This document shows positions 13,001 to 26,550 of a stretch of 64,000 bases of DNA, piece by piece. Position 1 is the first letter of the stretch, and each line of letters opens with the position of its first letter. Location: NCBI GenBank assembly GCA_002633005.1, contig NMRA01000246.1, positions 78,793-142,792 of the forward strand, in the 5' to 3' direction. Under the pieces are notes generated by a model. That model was not told where the DNA came from. It did not search any database and saw only the letters and a list, made by a program, of their open reading frames with translations. The DNA is from Phoronis australis (Eukaryota > Animalia > Phoronida). Position numbers and translations under genes: made by a program.

Positions 13001-15453
13001 TTTTCAGAGTCCTACCCGACTGTGAATTCAAACACGATGCAAAATTGTGCAGCATGTTTTCGTATCATAATCTACTTTTGTGTTAATTCACAGAAATCAC
13101 AAAAAAAAATTTAGACATGATTTTCATTTACGGACCGTGTCACTATCTTTTTCATTTGTAATGACAGAAAAAACGAGGCTTTTCAAATAGGGGTAAGAGC
13201 TTTTCAAACATGGGTCAAGATTTTCAAACCCGGTGCAAATGATTTTTGTGCTCATCAGTCACTACTTTATATGATACAGCTATTTGGAGCTTAATGAGAG
13301 AAGGCTTTATCATCACTTTGCTGTGAGCTTGATAATTCTGCCTTGTTGATTGNGACTGGGGGAAGTTGAGGGAGTGGATGGGTGATTGACAGTAAAGAAT
13401 GACATCAGCTTTCACCTGGGCTGGCTAGATTTGATTGGATATGTTGCCTTACGTAACAGGCTATGTTCCACATCCTGGAGCTTTAAGTACTTAGGATGTA
13501 TTGCCAATGTGTCTGGATATTCTCTCTCTGATATTTGTGATGAAATTTGCTGAGTACCATTTTGCATTAATAAGAGAACTTCCCCTTGTTTAGCGGTATT
13601 TGATACAATAGTACACCTCCACTATAGAGCAAGTTATCTTAAGGCTTGTAGGGGGGAATCTTGTTCGTGGAACTGTATACCTGATAACAGGCTATCTAAA
13701 ATTGTGTAGGTAGGGGACCCCAAGAGGTCGAAATGTCATTGCCTGTTGTGAACTGTATATGTGGCTGTTAACCAATACAAATATACAATGGATAAAGGTC
13801 AATCCTTCTCTCTACCCTCTGTTATATTTTATGATGTACTTAATTTATATCATGGAGCATTGTGTAAACAAGAAAACCTACCTATTTGCTTTCAGTATGG
13901 TAAAATCTTACAAATATAGGGCACAACATGGCCCACTGATGATATTTTACGGTATTTTCTACACCACAGGCATCTATCTGAAAATGTTTTGAGAAATTAT
14001 GGGTTTTCGCAACAATGTTTGAAGCCCTTAAAAATGATAAATGTCAATTTTAGCAATTATTTTTTTTCAAAATTGGTGAGCTTTTATTGTGCCAAATTAC
14101 AAATATCCGTCATTTTTAAAAAGATTTCCAATCAAGGGCGATCACGGATTACATAGATCTCTCCTTAGTCCTGGAGGTAAGAAAGCGTGTTGTTTTCATT
14201 GACCAATTTGAAATGTCAGGCACATTTTCACACGTTATATCAAAACCATCGAGATATATGGCCGTGGAAATATCCCTATTTCAACCATTTAAAAGTGCCA
14301 TAATTGAAATGTATTTTCAAGAAAGGGGATTCTGTTTCGTTCAGAATTAATCCAACGTACTTGCTTTATTCAGTTGCTGTGCAGTTTTTGTCTTTGATTG
14401 ATGTTGGGAAGGCGACGTACTCAACATCACGCAATCCACGGATATTGTCAAGTTGTTGCAGCATACAGCACTGCAGTAATATTTTTTGGCATTGGAATGA
14501 CTACTAGAGTAAAGTAGCTGAGAAAAATTTTTGAAAAATCAGAAAACAACAAAGAACATGTGGAACTCCAATGGCGCGAAAACGCCAGACTAAAAAGTGC
14601 TTGATGAATATTGCGGCTTTGTGGGTAAATACAGCGAGATTCAGGTGTCGTTGTGTAATCTGTTATAGCCCTATTCGTTGCTACATCCCTGTACACATTT
14701 ACTGAATTCTTTGTGCTTCGTTCAAGAAACTAGGCTACATGATATGAAGACTTACATGTGACACAGACAAAATGTTAATCACTGTTCCACATAACTGGCA
14801 TGTGGATGAGTCCTAAGAGAGAATATTGGTACCTGTTCACCTTGGTTGACTGACAGTTTGTTGGAAAGATACCTTTAACTTTTGATTCCAGAAATAGACA
14901 CACGATATTTGAGAAATGTCAGCGATAATGAAGTTGTTTCCCTGGTCTAATCAGACACAGGAGCGAGACTAATGGTCTAATACTAGGTGCAAACGTTTTG
15001 TATTTCTCACCTGTTGTGTAGCACCTGAAGTGAGCCTTTGTAGAACCAGCGCCATCTTCAGGTGCTCTGTGTGGCTGCAATCTGAGCCTGCCCATGTAAT
15101 GTCACCCAACGCAATTTCTGATAAATTGTTCTCGTTCAATGGCTCAATGTAAATTTACTTAAATTATTGTATAAGCACTAATAATTTCCTTGAAGAACTT
15201 TATTTGTTAACAATTGTTTCATACATTTTGCTCTTGAATGAACTGTTGGTTGTATTGTAGTTGGGACTTTGCCAAGACAGTGCAAAATAGGTGTTTTCAC
15301 TTTTTGAAAATTGATCACAGATTCATGCAAGTATCCCAGGATGCTTTGCATTTGTCTAATGCTTTGTAAAGTTGTGAAAAATTCAGTTGATGATTGACAT
15401 GGTATTCGCCATTTGAAGGAATCAGTACCACTATGTCTCTGCTGTTATTACAG

Positions 15454-15551
15454 GATGTCTGCCCTCCACCAGGCGGCACTGCAGGGCAATACAGACATTG
15501 TACAAATGCTTCTAGAGAATGGGTCCTCTGTTGACATCCGTGATAACAAAG
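15454..15551 (+). CDS. CASKIN: Caskin-like exon 3 (98 nt), ankyrin repeat: (G)[32 protein letters not shown](G)
   Basis: ttattacag acceptor and G|gtatga donor. Canonical ankyrin xALHxAA..G motif, phases 2->1. Not in the ORF track. Confidence 0.95.
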
Positions 15552-16194
15552 GTATGAGGTGGACACCTGGGGACTTTGTATAATTTACAATAACTATAAA
15601 ATTGTAGATTGTATGTTTTTTAATGTGCTTTGACCTTTAGAGTATTCTGTAAGTAGGTACTGAAGCACATGTGCCATAATTGTCAATTTTTTTCAAAAGC
15701 AAACTGTTTGTAAACTCAAGTGTTTCATATACAGGCGCTTAAGCTTAAGTTTCGCTTTTAGGTCCAGGTACAAGCATATGATCTGCTGTGGTTACAGGCA
15801 CGCGCATGTCCTTGACAAAAGTGCCAAACATTTTTATAGAATTTTTCTGAGATTATATTTTGTTCCGTTAGGCTCACGTGTGACCATATGTTAATTAGCT
15901 GATCTCGATTTACGAGCTTTTATTGATTAGTAGATACTATGTAACATCAGGACAACCAATCAACTGTTAAGAGTGAAAAGTCATCACATATTGTGATGTA
16001 ATGCCTGTATTATTGTGGCAGAAGTAAACCCAATTAAAAGGATATAATTCAAAATTGGCAAGAAAAGATATTTTCTGAGATCAGCTTCAGCGTGGAATCA
16101 AACCTGCAACTTGGGATCACAGACAAACTCTCTGCAGGCGAAACTGAATCCCACTCTCTTAATGGTACAGTATCTTAAGTGTATTTAATTTGTA

Positions 16195-16400
16195 AAGGCA
16201 CTAGCCTCGATTTCAGCGAATGTCTGGCAGACAACGGGGAGAATTTGCGATTTGTAATGCAACCACTAAAACACAAGAAATATTCTTGTTTAATGACTCT
16301 GGTCAAAGTTAATGACTTAAAAAATCTATCCCATCCAACAATGATTTCAGAAATGCATTTTTGCCTTGAAGACGATAATATCTCTGTAATCACTCACTTA
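16195..16400 (+). repeat. Interspersed repeat, second copy at ~41975-42165
   Basis: gcctcgatttcagcgaatgtctggcagacaacggggagaatttgcgatttgtaat vs gccttgatttcagtaaatgtttgacagataacgctgagaaatggcgatttgtaat, and both continue to ccatccaa..cagaaatg. Confidence 0.7.
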
Positions 16401-16463
16401 ACACTTGATATGGTCTCCTATTGCTATTTTTCTCTTATGACGTGATGTATCTTTACTCTTCAG

Positions 16464-16609
16464 GTATGCGTCCTTTGCACTATGCCTCGTGGCAGGGCAA
16501 GCCCAACCCTGTCGACTTACTTCTCCAGTGGCACTCATCGACTAACGAGCCGGCCAACAATGGCGAGACGCCGTTACATCTGGCCTGCCAGCACGGACAT
16601 ATTGTTGTG
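16464..16609 (+). CDS. CASKIN: Caskin-like exon 4 (146 nt): (G)MRPLHYASWQGKPNPVDLLLQWHSSTNEPANNGETPLHLACQHGHIVV
   Basis: ctttactcttcag acceptor and GTG|gtgagt donor. GMRPLHYAxWQG and PLHLAxQHGH are characteristic Caskin ankyrin segments. Part of ORF 16421..16657. Confidence 0.96.
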
Positions 16610-18291
16610 GTGAGTACACAACTTCATCACAGTAGGTTATCACCATTTGGTTTTTGAACAATGCCGAGTTTCCAGTAGAAGCCAGTGGCTACTAAAAGTT
16701 GATAGATGCCGGGAGTACTCCCATCAAAGAGGTATACTGGATGTGCCTCTCAGAAGGTTGACTTTTAGACACCAGGGTGTGCCATGAGTGTTTGGATTTC
16801 ATTGACTCTCAAACAGTTTGGGGGATGTTTGCAAAGGATACTTGCAGCAAAAAGTTGACCAGCAACTGAATAAGTGTATTGCACGTAATGTTTAACCTTT
16901 ACAGGGTGCAGAAACTGTTCAAAATCATGGCTAAAGCAAGATGCACACCAAAATTAATCAGATGGAATAAATACTGTTTGCCAAATCCAACCAAATTGAT
17001 GGTGAATAGTGCCAGTACTTAGTGGTCATGATGCGTTATTCCCTGTCATTTTATCCACTTATTTTAAATGTGAACTGAATCTATGTGAGTGAGGACATTG
17101 GGTTGCTGGTCCACCCTCATTTGCACTGCGCTGAAGAAAAGTGCCAGAATTTGTTTGGGTCCCAATGAAAAGTAGGTGCTGTGAATAGACATAAAAGTTA
17201 ACCCAGTTATCAATAACTAGTTTCCTTTCTTATGTTTATAATCTCTCCAAACAACTTGGTGGACAGAGTTTGTTAAATGTCCACTGTTTGATTGATGAAG
17301 CCTGTAGACAAGGTCATGTTAAAATTGGGGGTTTGGAGGGAGTGCAGACATTGGTAAAAATAAACAGGAAAAACCTGAAAAACATTGTGTTTAGAAGCTG
17401 TTAAGAGTTGTGTTGATAGACACTTGGTGAATGCTTTAATGATTATGGTCTGTTAAACGTTTCTTTGACTTTTCTGTAATGTCTTCAGTTTTTGAGTGAT
17501 TCAAAACACAATCATAGCATGTCTAGATTCCTTATGAAAGCATTGCTTAACACTAACATTTGTTTGATTTCCAGTTTGTTGAAATTATTTTCTGAAGAAT
17601 AGACTAGTGTATTGTCTGTTCAAATTCACTGGGCTTACTCTTATTCTGACCTTTTGATGTGAATTGGTGATTTTCATCCATGTGCCACATAAACAGTTTT
17701 TTCTTATAGGCTGTCTTATCTAAATTGCCTAGTCTGTTTGTCAATGTAGCTTACACATATATCTAAACTTAGGTCTTTGTCAAGAACTGTTTGACAGAGT
17801 TGTCTGTGCATCCTGTACTTGTTGCTAAATTAAAATCCTCAGTTTACTAAATTACAAAACATTGTTTGTGACTGTAAGGCTTGCAAACCAAATATATACA
17901 ATTTTTGACCTTGAGTGATAGTTATATCCAGACCTTGAGGACTAAGTGCACTTTAAAATCTATCTTTTTATCAAAAGTTTAAGTTAAGGCATTTGAAAAG
18001 ATATCTACCTAACATTTTGCTGTTTTATTGTTATTAGAAATTATTCAGTGTTACATAGTTGAAACATGGTTGTGGCATCCATTAACTTCATGGCAATTTC
18101 ACTGTTGGTCATTGTTGACATCAGAAGTTTTAAAACAATCGCATCTAATTATTACATTAGTCCAATCTGTAATGATTTTGTAATAATCCCAAGCTTGCTA
18201 GGTGTTGATAAAACAAAAATCGGCAGAGCTTTCATGTTACCAGAATTTCTTTTTCCCAAAATGATTAATGTGGTTGGTAAGCTGTGTTCTA

Positions 18292-18809
18292 AAGTCGCTT
18301 TCCCGTTAGAGGCAAAACTCCACTTTCACCGAAGTTTCGGTAAGTGGGAAAGGTTAACTCCTGATAGTTAATCTGCAAGCAATAATTTCGCTAAAAATAG
18401 TAGGATTTAAAACTGAAACTTCAGTGTAGTGGGAAAGATCAGATCGAAACTTCGCTGAAGTTGTCGGTAGTTATAGCGGCAACAACATACGATCATACGA
18501 GATTGGCAAAACGTGTTTTTTGTTATTGTAGCATAGCCGACGTCCTCTCAATAGAAACCCGTAAATAAATAAAAGGAAGCACATCTGATGAAGAACGACA
18601 CTGATTATAAACACTCGTGAGTGGTAGGAGCACACTTTTCAGTTAGCCTCAAACCTACCACTCTATATTCGTTTGAAAGTACGATGGAACTGCGCGTTAT
18701 CTAGTATATTAGTAATAATCTTGATATTGCTATCTAGACGGAAAGGTAAACAAAGTTTTGGCGAAGCTTCGGTAATTAAACTGAAGTTCCCTTAATGGGA
18801 AAGTGAACT
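18292..18809. mobile_element. MITE with imperfect TIRs (Harbinger-like)
   Basis: gtcgctttcccgtta / taatgggaaagtgaac termini, with internal repeated accgaagtttcggt / aactgaaacttcagt / tgggaaag motifs. Confidence 0.55.
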
Positions 18810-19630
18810 ACCGGTATGATTTAGGCAACTTGTTTCTTGGAAATTCTTGCATATGTCCTCCAAAGTTTGTTATAGTCCGTTGAATGTGATGTCAACTTTT
18901 ACAAAGATTCCAACTGCCAGTTTATTTTAAGAGTCTGCACATTCCCCCAGTTGGTCAGTAGTAATGAGTCTGTCAGTTGGGTGCTCAAGGGAACTTGTAA
19001 TTTGGTCAGGTAAAATTTTATAATCCCCCAGAGGCTGCACCTAATTGGTTCTAATTTGTACCTGCTAATTGCTTACCATGTAGTTGTCTTCCACAAGGTC
19101 ACTACTTAGAATACACCTCCAAATACACATGGCTGGGGATTTGTGTAATTTGTCTGTTGTGTAATTTGTGGCCAGTACACTGCAGCACATGTAGAAATAT
19201 TGCTGATAATGAATATAAACATTAGACAGAAAGACATGTGTGGTTGTATGTTTATATCATTGGTGATTATTAAGATCCTGCAGTGCCATGCAAAGTAAAT
19301 ATTGGAAATTGCCGAAACAGGATTTGCTTGTTTTTAAATGTAACCAGTGGAAACTGACATATATTGAACCACATGGTTGAGACTGTTCAGCCAAATGTAC
19401 CCTGGACAAAATCTTCGCTTTTTCATTACCCCAAAACTGTTTTCGTTTTTGCTAGCTTTTTTGTAGCTAAACCACTTTGTTCAAAGGGGGCACGTGTGCA
19501 GGGGATAGTGGCCACTGCCCTGTTCAGTTATTGCATTGAGTCAAACATGCTTTCACATCAGCTTTCAAGGTTACCTTGGTCAAACTGATGGCATTTCTCT
19601 ACTTGTGTAAACCTAGAAATATATTTTGGA

Positions 19631-19868
19631 AAAATCTCACCAATTCTGGACAAAAATAATTGTTAAAATTACCCATTTCATTTTCCAAGAGCTTGTAACT
19701 TGGTTGTGAATCCCACAACTTGCTAAAACTTTGTCAGGCAGTAGCTATGGCACAGAACTGAAGATGGAAAAAACATTAATTTAATGCTAAATATCTTTCA
19801 TGAAAAAATGAGAAGGTGAAATTTCACTTGTCAGCCATATATTGTGTGGCCTTAATTGGTGAGATTTT
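19631..19868. mobile_element. MITE (TACAGTAAAATCTCACC-type, Tc1/mariner-like)
   Basis: Perfect 15-bp inverted repeat aaaatctcaccaatt / aattggtgagatttt. Related copies at ~801-1018, ~13990-14086 and ~55127-55285. Confidence 0.7.
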
Positions 19869-20940
19869 ACTTTACAGCCTGACTTTTGGAACTACTCCAA
19901 TGTGGGGGCGAGCTGTGTAAAATGTAACTTGATGGGTTATAATTGAAGTACATGATTGGTATTTACAGAAGTGGTTCCAGAAAAGTCCTCCTGTGATTGA
20001 AATGACCCCTGTGCCTGATTACTCCTGTTTGTTTACAATCACCTCCATGCAAGACTGGTTTATTGTGAAACTGATCTTAGCCCACTTGATAACATCCATT
20101 GCTTTGTAATCACAGCTATGGATCACTTTTTAAGTTATTCTAAACACTGTCCAGCTTTTGTAAACCTCTTGTAACACATTGGGCTCCTGGCAGTTAACAC
20201 CTTTTCACAGCCACCAGGTGTTTTCTGTTGTGGATTACTTTTTAGGTGGGAATTACTATTCTCTGTTGTCCTTGTTGATGGAGAGACCTCTGATCATTGG
20301 TGCATCTGTGCATCATTTGAGTTGTAGGCAAGCATGATAGTCTAGAAACGTTTAGTTAGATCTTGCTTTCATTAACAGTTGAGGATATTCATTGATGTTG
20401 TGTTCAGTTTCAATTGAATGTCACAGAAATAAAATCAAATACAGGTAAATGTTGCAATTTAATTTTCGTTTCTTTAATTCCATTTGCTCACAAGGTGGTT
20501 TTTGTTCCTATGACACTCCAGTGAAAAACTTAAAAAATCGATGAACACAATAAGTGAAATGACAAGCAGCCAGTATTTTGAAACAACGATAATTCTTCAC
20601 CTATTTCAATTCTTCACCTATTTCGCACAAAAATAAATGCCCAAATTGTCATTGTTTCTATTTTCCAAAGGCTGATTGCTTTAATATAGACAATATTAAC
20701 TCTACTAAATGTTTTTTAGGACATTTGCCCACTGCAAACAAACCTTGTTCAATAACGTGACAAAATAAAATTTCACTAGTCGGCCCTATTGTGTGAAGAC
20801 TTACTATTGTAGTTACATTTATTTATTTAACAAATTACAAACATTGCACTTTTTATGTGACATCCTCTGTGTGTGATATGAAAACAAAATAGTGCAGCAA
20901 GAGATCAGTATTCCTTATCACCAGAGATTGTAGGCTGTTG

Positions 20941-21022
20941 ACAGGAATAGATGTATTGTCATCGCATACAGGAATAGATGTATTGTCATCGCATTCAGGA
21001 ATAGATGTATTGTCATCGCATA
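20941..21022. repeat. 27-bp minisatellite (acaggaatagatgtattgtcatcgcat), 3 units; 4 units in the duplicate at 21417-21520
   Basis: Direct inspection. It produces the repetitive CDDNTSIPV pseudo-ORFs. Confidence 0.92.
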
Positions 21023-21912
21023 CAAGAAAAATAATTCTCATTTTGACTGATTACAAGATAAAACTGTGACGAATATGATTTGATAAGCTTGTTCTGAATA
21101 CCTTCCTGAAACAAGAGATAGTAGTCAGGTCTATTCTTTTCCACCAATGCCTTGCAGGATTTTCATAGTAGATTTCCTTGCGATAAAAACATGTCAAGAG
21201 TGTTTATCTTCAGTCTTGTTTGCAGACACTGTAGCTTGGTCGGATCCTGTTTTTCATCAGGTTTTAACAAGGTGATGGTCTTCAAGAACACACTCATCTG
21301 GCTCATTGCCAGGTGATGTGCTTAGGTTTTACATGTTACCTGTAACTGAGAACAGGTGTTTTGAACGATGTTACTGAGGACGTTGGCAGTAGTATTTAGT
21401 TTTATCATGATTACCNTAGATGTATTGTCATCGCATACAGGAATAGATGTATTGTCATCGCATACAAGAATAGATGTATTGTCATCGCATACAGGAATAG
21501 ATGTATTGTCATCACATACAAGGAAAATAATTCTCATTTTGACGGATTACAAGATAAAACTTGTGACGAATATGATTTGATAAGCTTGTTCTGAATACCT
21601 TCCTGAAACAAGAGATAGTAGTCAGGTCTAATCTTTTCTACCAATGCCTTGCAGGACTTTCATAGTAGATTTCCTTGCGATAAAAACATGTCAAGAGTGT
21701 TTATCTTCAGTCTTGTTTGCAGACACTGTAGCTTGGTCGGATGCTGTTTTTCATCAGGTTTTAACAAGGTGATGGTCTTCAAGAACACACTCATCTGGCT
21801 CATTGCCAGGTGATGTGCTTAGGTTTTACATGTTACCTGTAACTGAGAACAGGTGTTTTGAACGATGTTACTGAGGACGTTGGCAGTAGTATTTAGTTTT
21901 ATCATGATTACC
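20948..21912. repeat. Near-identical tandem duplication across a single N (20948-21415 vs 21417-21912); probable uncollapsed haplotypes
   Basis: The copies abut at N 21416 and differ by a few SNPs, a 1-bp indel and VNTR unit number. Confidence 0.85.
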
Positions 21913-21985
21913 CAGTCAGTTTGATCTAACTGGGGCACATGTAGTCCCAGTCAGTTTGATCTACCTGGGGCACATGTAGTCCCAG
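21911..21985. repeat. 35-bp tandem repeat, 2 units
   Basis: cccagtcagtttgatcta(a/c)ctggggcacatgtagt x2. Confidence 0.9.
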
Positions 21986-23513
21986 CTCAACCCTACTGGA
22001 ACACAAATAAACATAGAATTCTTCATTGTGGTAACTTGTACTGACCTGGGCAGTGTGAGAAACGTTACCTGTTCTGTGGTACATGAGCCATATGTAATGT
22101 TTGTCCAGGCTATACAGTTGTTGGTCATTGGTCTTTTGTAATTTCCTGAGGAAGTTAATGCTACTAGTAGGTCTAGTGCCAGTCATATATATATATGATC
22201 TACTTCCCGATCTCATTTCATAGTTAATTGTTCATTGTAAGATCATGAAGTTTTAGACAGGAAGCGTTAAAATGTGTCATTGAGAATTCCATTTGAGAAT
22301 GCCATTGAGCGATGCTTTGAAAAAATGCAGTCATATAACCATTTTTTATTTATTATCGGCTTGGGTCAATAACTTCTTAGACATTTTTATCTCGTCGTTA
22401 TTCAGAATTTTTGCATTGCTCTGTTGGGGTACATCTTTTTGATGGATGTCAAAAGTTCAGACCTCTTTATATTACCTTTTCTCTGTCAAGGATGTGATGT
22501 CTGGCATTGTATTATCTGCAGAGCCAGTCAACCCACTACAACTTCTTGTTTTAAGTGGAAAACTCATGTTCAACATGTATTTCAATCACTAAGCTAAATA
22601 CTATGGACAATTTTCAACCATGAACAAGTACCGGTTTAAACTAGAAAATTATGTTGAATGTTCACACTGCGGAATACGATTAAGATACTGTTTGTTTCGT
22701 AATTACTCTTAATGTGGATGGGAGGTAATATTTCAGTTTGTAGGAAATCAGAAGACAACTGACCAACTTTTGGATGTTTTGAAATCAACTGTATGTGTGC
22801 TCAGCATTTCCAGATACTCATAAACTGCATTGTGTGTCCACTTGACATTGACTCTTGGTTTATCTGGTCCCTGACTGTATATGTGGCTGTAATCAGTCAG
22901 AATGTCTGGTGTTTATTGAAAATTACAGCAGGACTACACTGTTTATCACCAAAGTTTTTCTAATGGCTGCTTTGAAGTTTCATGAATCAGTGTTGCTAAT
23001 TTGACCACCAGAGGGCATTTGACTGCATGCAGCTTTGCTTCTGTTGTAAATTTTGAAAAACGGATGTGTTGAAATTTCAATTTTAGAGGATAAAATTTTG
23101 GAAATGTGTGCACTTGTTAGTTTCGCCTTTCTTTTCTGAGTTATTCAGATATCATTTCCAACCATGCATCAAGTGACAAACTAGCAGTTTCTTAGTGTCT
23201 CTTTTACTTTTGAACGTTCCCTGGAAACTCAGTTACAATAAGAAGTCATTGAAACGCTATTCAAAAGAACATCATGGTTTGTTTTTATTCTTGAAGAAAT
23301 TCTATTAATGGTCTAATGGAAATGTCCTGATGAGATATTAACAAGGAAAGTAAATGTCTGCCTCCATACAGTTTGTCAGTTTCATGTTTTATTATGGCAA
23401 TTTTCTTAACATCTTTACGATATGAATTTTTGATGATGAGTAAGATCAGATGCTTAAAGCAAGCATTCTTAAAGGCGTCTTTTCTGCCGTCTGACGAGTA
23501 AGTTGCATAAAAT

Positions 23514-23564
23514 TAATGTGCATAACACTAATGTGCATAACACTGATGTGCATAACACTAATGT
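23514..23564. repeat. 15-bp tandem repeat, ~3.3 units
   Basis: t(a/g)atgtgcataacac repeated. Confidence 0.9.
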
Positions 23565-23836
23565 TCTGTCCAATCATGAGAGACCACCATGAGCAATCAA
23601 AACCTAACCACAAATCACGTAACTGGAATGTAGCCTTCTCATGGTAAGAAGGCAGATCTGTCGTCTGATTACTAGAAGAATAATCTGACGTGCTTTCATG
23701 TGAAAAAATCACAGATGCTGGATCAAACGTCTGATCTGATTGGACAACACTTTTAGTACAATTCATGTCCTTTTAACAGTTTAATGTCCCGAATCCATTC
23801 AGGTGACTTGTAAGTAATTCTGCTTCTCGTTAACAG

Positions 23837-23932
23837 GTGGAAATGCTGCTAGCACGGGATGCTGACCCGACAATTGTCAATGCTGATTACAAGACGGCGC
23901 TGGATCTGTCTTGTGAATTTGGCCGATATGAT
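23837..23932 (+). CDS. CASKIN: Caskin-like exon 5 (96 nt): VEMLLARDADPTIVNADYKTALDLSCEFGRYD
   Basis: ttctcgttaacag acceptor and GAT|gtaagt donor. KTxLDLxCEFGR motif, phase 0->0. Confidence 0.95.
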
Positions 23933-25128
23933 GTAAGTAACCAGAATAATGGAATGACTGTTTCTCATGTTTTTGATGAGATGGAATTCAGAAATTGAAT
24001 GGCTAGCTGAAAGTACGGCGTGTAGTATGCAGACTGACTATGGAAGACTTTCAGGAATCAATGTGAGCTGATCACGTGGGGCCAGTGACTCATGCTGCCA
24101 CCTGGCTATATCCGGAGATACTTCTTCGCAGCGTGTGGCAAAGGAGATCATTTTTGACTCCATGAAAAGGTTGTAGTGTGTGTGATCAGATGTTATCCTT
24201 CCTTGTCCTATATAGGTGACTAGTATCCGGACCCACATGATCGGTTGTCATTGCTATTTCGTCAGTCAAGGTTGCAATAAGATGATCAAGTGAACTTTTC
24301 TTTTTGCTTTTTTTCGAAAATGAAAAAAGTAACATCCAAGTAACGTTTTATTATTTTCAAGTTCATCTCTGTTGCTACCATCAGAGAATATTTTGAAAAG
24401 TTGAAGGCTTTTATTACAATGTCAGGAGCCTTTAAAAAGTAAAAAGCCGTTAGTTTGGCCATTATTTTTGTCCATACTTTGTAATATTTTGCAGTACCCT
24501 TAGATTAGGGGTATTGTGGCTTGTGGTGCTCTGCAAAAAGTTTTATGTGCATTTGATTCTAAATGTGCTTTTACACTGAATTACTAAGCCCTAGAAAACC
24601 TACTGTGAGTAATTAACAATTCAAGTTTTATGGGGTCAGTTTTATTTGAGGGTGACACATTATTGCCTGGAATTATAAATTATGATGGCTTTAAGACTAA
24701 GTCCTGCCACTGGCTTCCACATCCAATAGCTTTTTGATAGGATGCGTGGGCTTAATGGTTTGAAATGAGCCCTGTTCAAAGGACATTTGTAGGAGTACAT
24801 TGTGCTGTGTATAGGTTACCATATAAAACTTGGAGTAGCTCTCATCATCACCTTTATGCCAATGTTCTGCCTTTGAAAATTTTCAGATTAAGCGCCCACT
24901 ACTCCACTATGCGCCCACCCATAATTTGCTTCACAGAATTGATTTCCAAATTAACAATAAGGCACAGTTTCAAACCTGGAAACCAGATCAATTTCACAGT
25001 GTAGTTGCTGTAGTTGGTGAACATGTCATTGGGTTAAGGTATATAGTGCAGTGCATTAAAAACAGCAGTGTTGTTGAAATTGACACATACCTTGACTATA
25101 GTCAGCCACAGGCTCTCACTCTATGCTG

Positions 25129-25350
25129 AGTGGATAGAATTTTATACATCTGTATGAAAATAAATTATTTTCATTCGTTGTCATATATCATTGTATTCTT
25201 AACATCAGTTTTTTATTTATGTATTTGTATATAATCACTGTATATAGACTTCTTTGTATTTTTTTACCCAGATCTAATGCCTCTTGGCGCTTTCTGGGTT
25301 ATGTATATTCATTGTATTCTGAAGACTTCGTAATAAACATTAAAAAAAAA
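25129..25350 (+). mobile_element. 5'-truncated retroposed insertion with poly(A) tail and 11-bp target-site duplication
   Basis: actctatgctg at 25118-25128 and 25351-25361, AATAAA at 25332-25337, A-run at 25342-25350. Confidence 0.85.
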
Positions 25351-26419
25351 ACTCTATGCTGCAATTAATTAATCTACCCAAAGAATCATTTTTCTCCCAG
25401 TTTTAGGAGCCTATTCTTTTCCTTCTTCACCTCAGAAGGAGAGGTGACAGGCATAGTTAACCTATTTTTCCGTGGATGACATGTAACCAGTGCCCAATAA
25501 GTATTTTGAGAATTTTTATTTCATAGAAATGTGAAACAATATAAGTCAAACAATTTTTGGTTTTTGAAATTTGCATTGCTTTGTTACCTCGAATCCTTTG
25601 ACCAAAGCCTCAGTTGTAGTTTGCTGGAGTATTTCAACAGAATGTTTTTCAATAATCTCATTTGCAAAATTTGAACTGCCCACAAAAGGAGTTTGTGCTT
25701 TGATTTATCTAAGTTTACATCTTGAATGACTTTGATGTCATTCATATGTTCAGTCCTAGAATTTGGGCCAGTATTTTTGTAGTTTGGATTTTGTCCTTTC
25801 TCAAGCTGCATTTAAGCTGCTTGAATGCAGAAGGTGGTTAGAGAGCACTGATTCAATTTTCACATTACCAACAAGCATTACAGCAAGTTATTTGAACTTC
25901 GGGTCTGTGGTCTTCAATTTCAAAGGTAACCAGTTGCCTGAGCGATTGTATGGCCCAGGTTGACTGCCCATGTTCGAGTAGGCGCTCATCTCCAATTTTT
26001 TTTAAATGTTTGTTTTAAACCCCCTTCCAGTTTTGCATTGTCATCTTCACACTTTTAAGACCTGGTTTGTACATACAAGAGAATATTGTTTAGAATAATC
26101 AGTTCTTGGTTTCTGTGTTGCCCAGACACCTGGCATGGGAATGTCTTGTTTTCCCAGGCAACACTCCTTTGTTGAATGTTCTGTGGGGGAATGGGGAATG
26201 ACAGTATTTATACTGTTATGTTGCAAGCAATTTGGAGTGTCCCACTGGAAGTGTGGTAGCCTGATACCATATGCCAAGCTTGAGTGTCTCCTAGAAGCAT
26301 GGTTGCGCTGGCAAATCTGGCTCATTCATAGCAGTGGGCCATGCACAGTTTTTATTGAAAATGTGTATTGCAGTAATTTTATTTGATATACATATTAATC
26401 TAATGTTACTGTTTTGCAG

Positions 26420-26550
26420 GTGGCAGAATTGCTGATAAATAGCAATCTATGTTCAAGAATCCTGCATGAGAATAAAAATGACATGGCCGACAACTCACGG
26501 TCGACCTGCCTGCATCTGGCTTCCAAAAATGGTCACCTGGATATAATAAG
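26420..26550 (+). CDS. CASKIN: Caskin-like exon 6 (131 nt): VAELLINSNLCSRILHENKNDMADNSRSTCLHLASKNGHLDII(R)
   Basis: ctgttttgcag acceptor and AG|gtaaat donor. SNxC insertion and LHLAxKNGHxDIIR motif. Confidence 0.95.

Noticed and set aside
16082-16150. Minus-strand B-box (GGTTTGATTCC), possible tRNA gene
   Set aside because: No A-box or cloverleaf; at most an eroded SINE head.
20941-21520. 27-bp direct repeats as a CRISPR array
   Set aside because: The units are head-to-tail with no unique spacers, there are no cas genes, and the context is a eukaryotic intron.
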